Assembly: GCA_016748015.1 (NCBI GenBank)
Contig: JAAOMT010000213.1
Location: 154,485-218,484 of the forward strand
Source of the DNA: Geosiphon pyriformis uo1
Lineage: Eukaryota > Fungi > Glomeromycota
Direction of reading: 5' to 3'
Length of the DNA: 64,000 nt
Shown here: positions 60,455 to 64,000 of the stretch, piece by piece
Numbering within the stretch: the first letter of the stretch is position 1
Layout of the letters: each line of letters starts with the position of its first letter
The notes under the pieces: model-generated
The model's database searches: none
Told to the model about the DNA's origin: nothing
The model's input: only the letters and a program-made list of their open reading frames with translations
Position numbers and translations under genes: made by a program

Positions 60455-61203
60455 TGTTACAGGTTGGAGTAATAAGTTAACAGATAGCAAGGGAGAACAA
60501 GATTATAAGGTGATGGAATTAATCAAAGAGAATTCAACTTCAATGAACGAATTAAATGAGTATAAATTCAAGATGCAAGATTAGTCTCATAAAATATTTC
60601 AGTTATTATTCTTTTTAAAAGATAACCAAAGAATCTAAAAATAAAGAGATAGTCCATACTATTAACAAATAATAACACACTGGTATAATTTTATGTCTTA
60701 TATTAGCACTCTTAGAATTTGATATCAAATATTAAATGTGCTTTTTAGTCATGTTTTATTTAATAATTTTCAAATGCTACAATTATATAAGTCAAAAAAA
60801 GAGTAAGTAAATGCCAACAAGTAATCTTTTATTCCAAAATGTTTAGATAATTAAAAGTAAGAAAAGAGAAATTAGCAAGAAAAAAAAATTGACATGAAGT
60901 TATTATTTTATTTCTTTGTTTTCATTAATTTGTATATGTTTTTTTACAATTAAAAAATTTATTACTTATATAGCTATTAAAAGTGGTCAATAATCAGGTT
61001 GATAACTAGGTTAATAATTAGGTTAACAATCAAATCAATAATCAGGTCATTAATTAAGTTAATAATCAAGTTAATAATCAGATTAACAGTCAAGTCATTG
61101 ATCAGATTAATAATCACTATCTAAAAATAGTGTGGTTAATTATATAACATTAGTGGCTAATACATGTAATAATTAATAAAAAATATAAGTTTTAACTATA
61201 CTA
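60455..61203 (-). mobile_element. Solo LTR, family A
   Basis: Full reverse-complement LTR with the 12-bp array at ~60985-61110. TSD ATAT (60451-54 / 61204-07). Confidence 0.92.
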
Positions 61204-61261
61204 ATATTAAATAAGTTTATAACTAAAATTAATCAATTTAATATACATAAATAATTTATAT

Positions 61262-61982
61262 TATTATAAATTGAAGTAATAAATTAACAAATAGCAAAGT
61301 AAAACAGAATTATATAGTAATAAAAATAATTAAAAAAGAATTCAACTTTAAAAAATAAATTAAATTAATATGAATTCAATATATAAAATTAGTCTTATAA
61401 ATATTTTAAGCATTATTTTTTCCAAAAAATAACAAAAAAATTTAAAAATAAAAAGATAGCTTATATTGTTAACAAAAAATAATACATTAATATAATTTTA
61501 TGTTTTATGTTAGCACTTTTAAAATTTAATATCAAATATTAATTACACTCTTTAATAATATTTATTTAATAATTTTCAAAATTAACAATTATAAATAAAT
61601 ACTAACAAGTAATTTTTTATTACAAAAATGTTTATATATTTAAAAAAAATCGGAAAAAAAATAAACAAATTAGAAAAAATTAGATATTTAAAATAAATTT
61701 TTATTACTTTAATTTATATATCTTTTGTATATTAAAATATGTTTTTCTAAAGCTAAAAAATACATTATTTATATAGTTATTTAAAATAATAAATAACCAA
61801 ATTAACAACTAAGTTATTAATTAAGTTATTAATTAAATTAATAATCAAGTTAATAGTTAGATTAATAATCAAGTTATTAATCAGATTATTGATTACTTTC
61901 TAAAAATATAATAGTTAACTATATAATATTAGTGACTAATACATATAATAATTAATAAAAACTATAATTTTTAATTGTAACA
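61262..61982 (-). mobile_element. Older, hypermutated solo LTR, family A
   Basis: Collinear with 60455-61203 but most G/C converted to A/T. TSD ATAT (61258-61 / 61983-86). Confidence 0.85.
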
Positions 61983-61986
61983 ATAT

Positions 61987-63160
61987 ATTTAAATAGGTTT
62001 GTTATAATATGTAAATTTAATATAATTTAACTATATATACAAATTTTTTATTAATTTAAAAAAGTATTGATTTTATATTAAATTAACTTTTTATCTTTTT
62101 TTTTTATAATGTTTTAAATAATTGTTATTAATATTTTAAATATGTTTTAATACTTATTATTAAGATTTTAAGTTAAATTACTTTAATAATTTTTTATATG
62201 TTTATTATCAATATTTTAAGTTTTTTATTATTAAAATATATATTATTAACATTTTATATTATGTTTTTTTTAATCAAAAATAATTATTTATTATTTAATT
62301 TTGTTTTTATTATAATATTAAATAATAATAAAAGTTATTATATTATTTAAAAATATTATTTTTATAATAGCTTTAAATTAATTATTTATTTTAGTTTTAT
62401 TTTATTTTAAAAAATTTTTAAAATTTTTTTATTCTTGTTTTTTAAATTTAGACTTTTAAATATTACATATTTTTAATAATTAATTGAAAAAATTCTGGCT
62501 TAATTTAATAATATAAGTTTGGTTTTTTGTTAGTTGTATTTTTTGTGTTTTTAATAAAAACTTTTTTTATAAAAACTTATATTAAACTAATTTTTGTTTA
62601 AAAACAAATAATAATAACAATATTTTTTTTATTTTAAATATTTATTTTATAACTTTTTTACTTTTTTTTAAATATTAAAATAGTTTATATACTTATATAT
62701 ATAATTAAAAAAGTTTCTAAATTTGTAATTTTGCTAAATAATATTAATTAATATAAAAGAAAAAATATTAAACAAAAAAAATATTTTTATTAATTAAATA
62801 TTTTAATTTAATTATACAAAAAATCAAAAATCAACTTTAAATATTTAAAATTAAATTATTATGTATTAATTAAATTCAGTAATAATTACAAATTTTTATA
62901 TTATTAAAAATTACAAAAATATTTGGATTTTTATTTACAATATATTAAATATTATTATTAAAATTTTATAAAACATATTTATTAATTATTTAAATACAAT
63001 TTCAAACTTTGTTTATTATAATATTATTTTGTAAACATAAAAACCAAAATAAATATAATTAAAAATATTAATTAATAATAAAATAATAACTTATTAACAA
63101 TTATAAATTATTTTTTGCTTTTAAATTTTTTTAAAAAAATTAAACAATTATAATTTTAAA
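61987..63160. other. Extremely AT-rich relic, probably a fully decayed repeat
   Basis: Roughly 90% A+T by eye, no ORF. Texture resembles the decayed A5 region. Family not recognisable. Confidence 0.45.
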
Positions 63161-63164
63161 AAAA

Positions 63165-64000
63165 ACTTCTTTCTCTCTTACCCCCAAAAACCCCAATGAA
63201 TTATTTTCTGAAAAAGAAGTTTTTGTTTTTTTCTTGTTAATATTATATCAACATTTCTTTAACTAATAACCCTTTTGTTATGGATTCAGAGGCTGCTTCT
63301 AGTGGCAGTATGTCAAAAAAAAAGACGCCTAAAGGTGCTTTTCATGGTCCTGCTGGTGGTTCTTTTACTCAGTCATTCTTGGGAATATTAAACATTCTGG
63401 CGATGAACGGAACATCTCTCTGAAGTTTGGTTCTGGTTATAGTGTTTTTTCTGATGTGGAAAGCTTATCTGATAATGAAAATGAAAATGACATTGATATG
63501 TCTGGTGGTGGTAATGGCTCTCTTCTGGGTTTAGCTGTTAATACTCCAAGAACAAATAGATTAAGTACTGGCATGGATTTTGGCTCCTCTCTCAGTTCCC
63601 CCAACTTCGCCATGGATGAAAAGGTGAAACCTTTTCCTCTTCCAATAAAGAAAGCCTCTTCTGATAGCAAATGAGTCGATCCTATTATCATCAAAACTCA
63701 AGTGGAGATGTCTGTCAAAAAATCTTTTGCCTTGGATATCAATCTTTTAGCTATTGAAGACAAATCAGTGACAGCAAAAACTTAATTGATCAGAAAATTT
63801 TTTTCAAAGATCAATGGTTTTGGGAGGGCCACTACCTCCTCAAAATTTAAAGAAATCATCCAATCGACATTTACTTCTGAGAAGAGCATGAGAAAAGCTG
63901 CGTCATTGGCCGAAAAAGAAAGAATCATCGTAAACAATAATGTGAAGAAACAAGGACTTCGTTCAAATTGGACTGTAGTGATCAAAGAAATTTCTATGAA
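63165..64000 (+). mobile_element. L1-like LINE (LINE-b) 5' UTR and ORF1 start (ATG 63280), running off the window
   Basis: 5' motif ACTTCTTTCTCTCTT. MDSEAASSGSMSKKK..., KKSFALDINL, RKFFSKINGFG, VVIKEI, homologous to LINE-a ORF1. Frameshift near 63372 and internal stops. Confidence 0.85.

Overview
Eukaryotic, very AT-rich window, probably from an early-diverging fungus (Mucoromycota/Glomeromycotina-like; inferred from the intron-rich genes and the TE protein types). About 85-90% is decayed retrotransposon DNA. It surrounds one compact island of three intact spliced genes at 54.3-59.5 kb: mitochondrial ribosomal protein S21 (MRP21), complex I 24-kDa subunit (NDUFV2) and MKT1. The repeats comprise: (i) Ty3/Gypsy family A, with 5 internal-domain copies plus solo LTRs, 4-bp ATAT/ATAC TSDs, a UUUAAAC -1 frameshift and an extra ORF after pol; (ii) Gypsy family B, with a single gag-pol carrying a Cys-rich insert and a dUTPase, and also an extra 3' ORF; (iii) two L1-like LINEs; (iv) four copies of a ~2.45-kb ORF1-only poly(A) retroposon (X), two of which sit 21 bp apart inside the 3' end of a sister copy. 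Junctions from 1 to 54 kb can be read as the right half of a nested stack up to nine layers deep, in which C>T/G>A load rises with depth. The best candidates for undescribed biology are the shared post-pol ORF3, the ORF1-only (HAL1-like) element and its self-nesting, the Zn-cluster plus dUTPase pol insert, and the RIP-like mutagenesis. All alignments and counts were made by eye.
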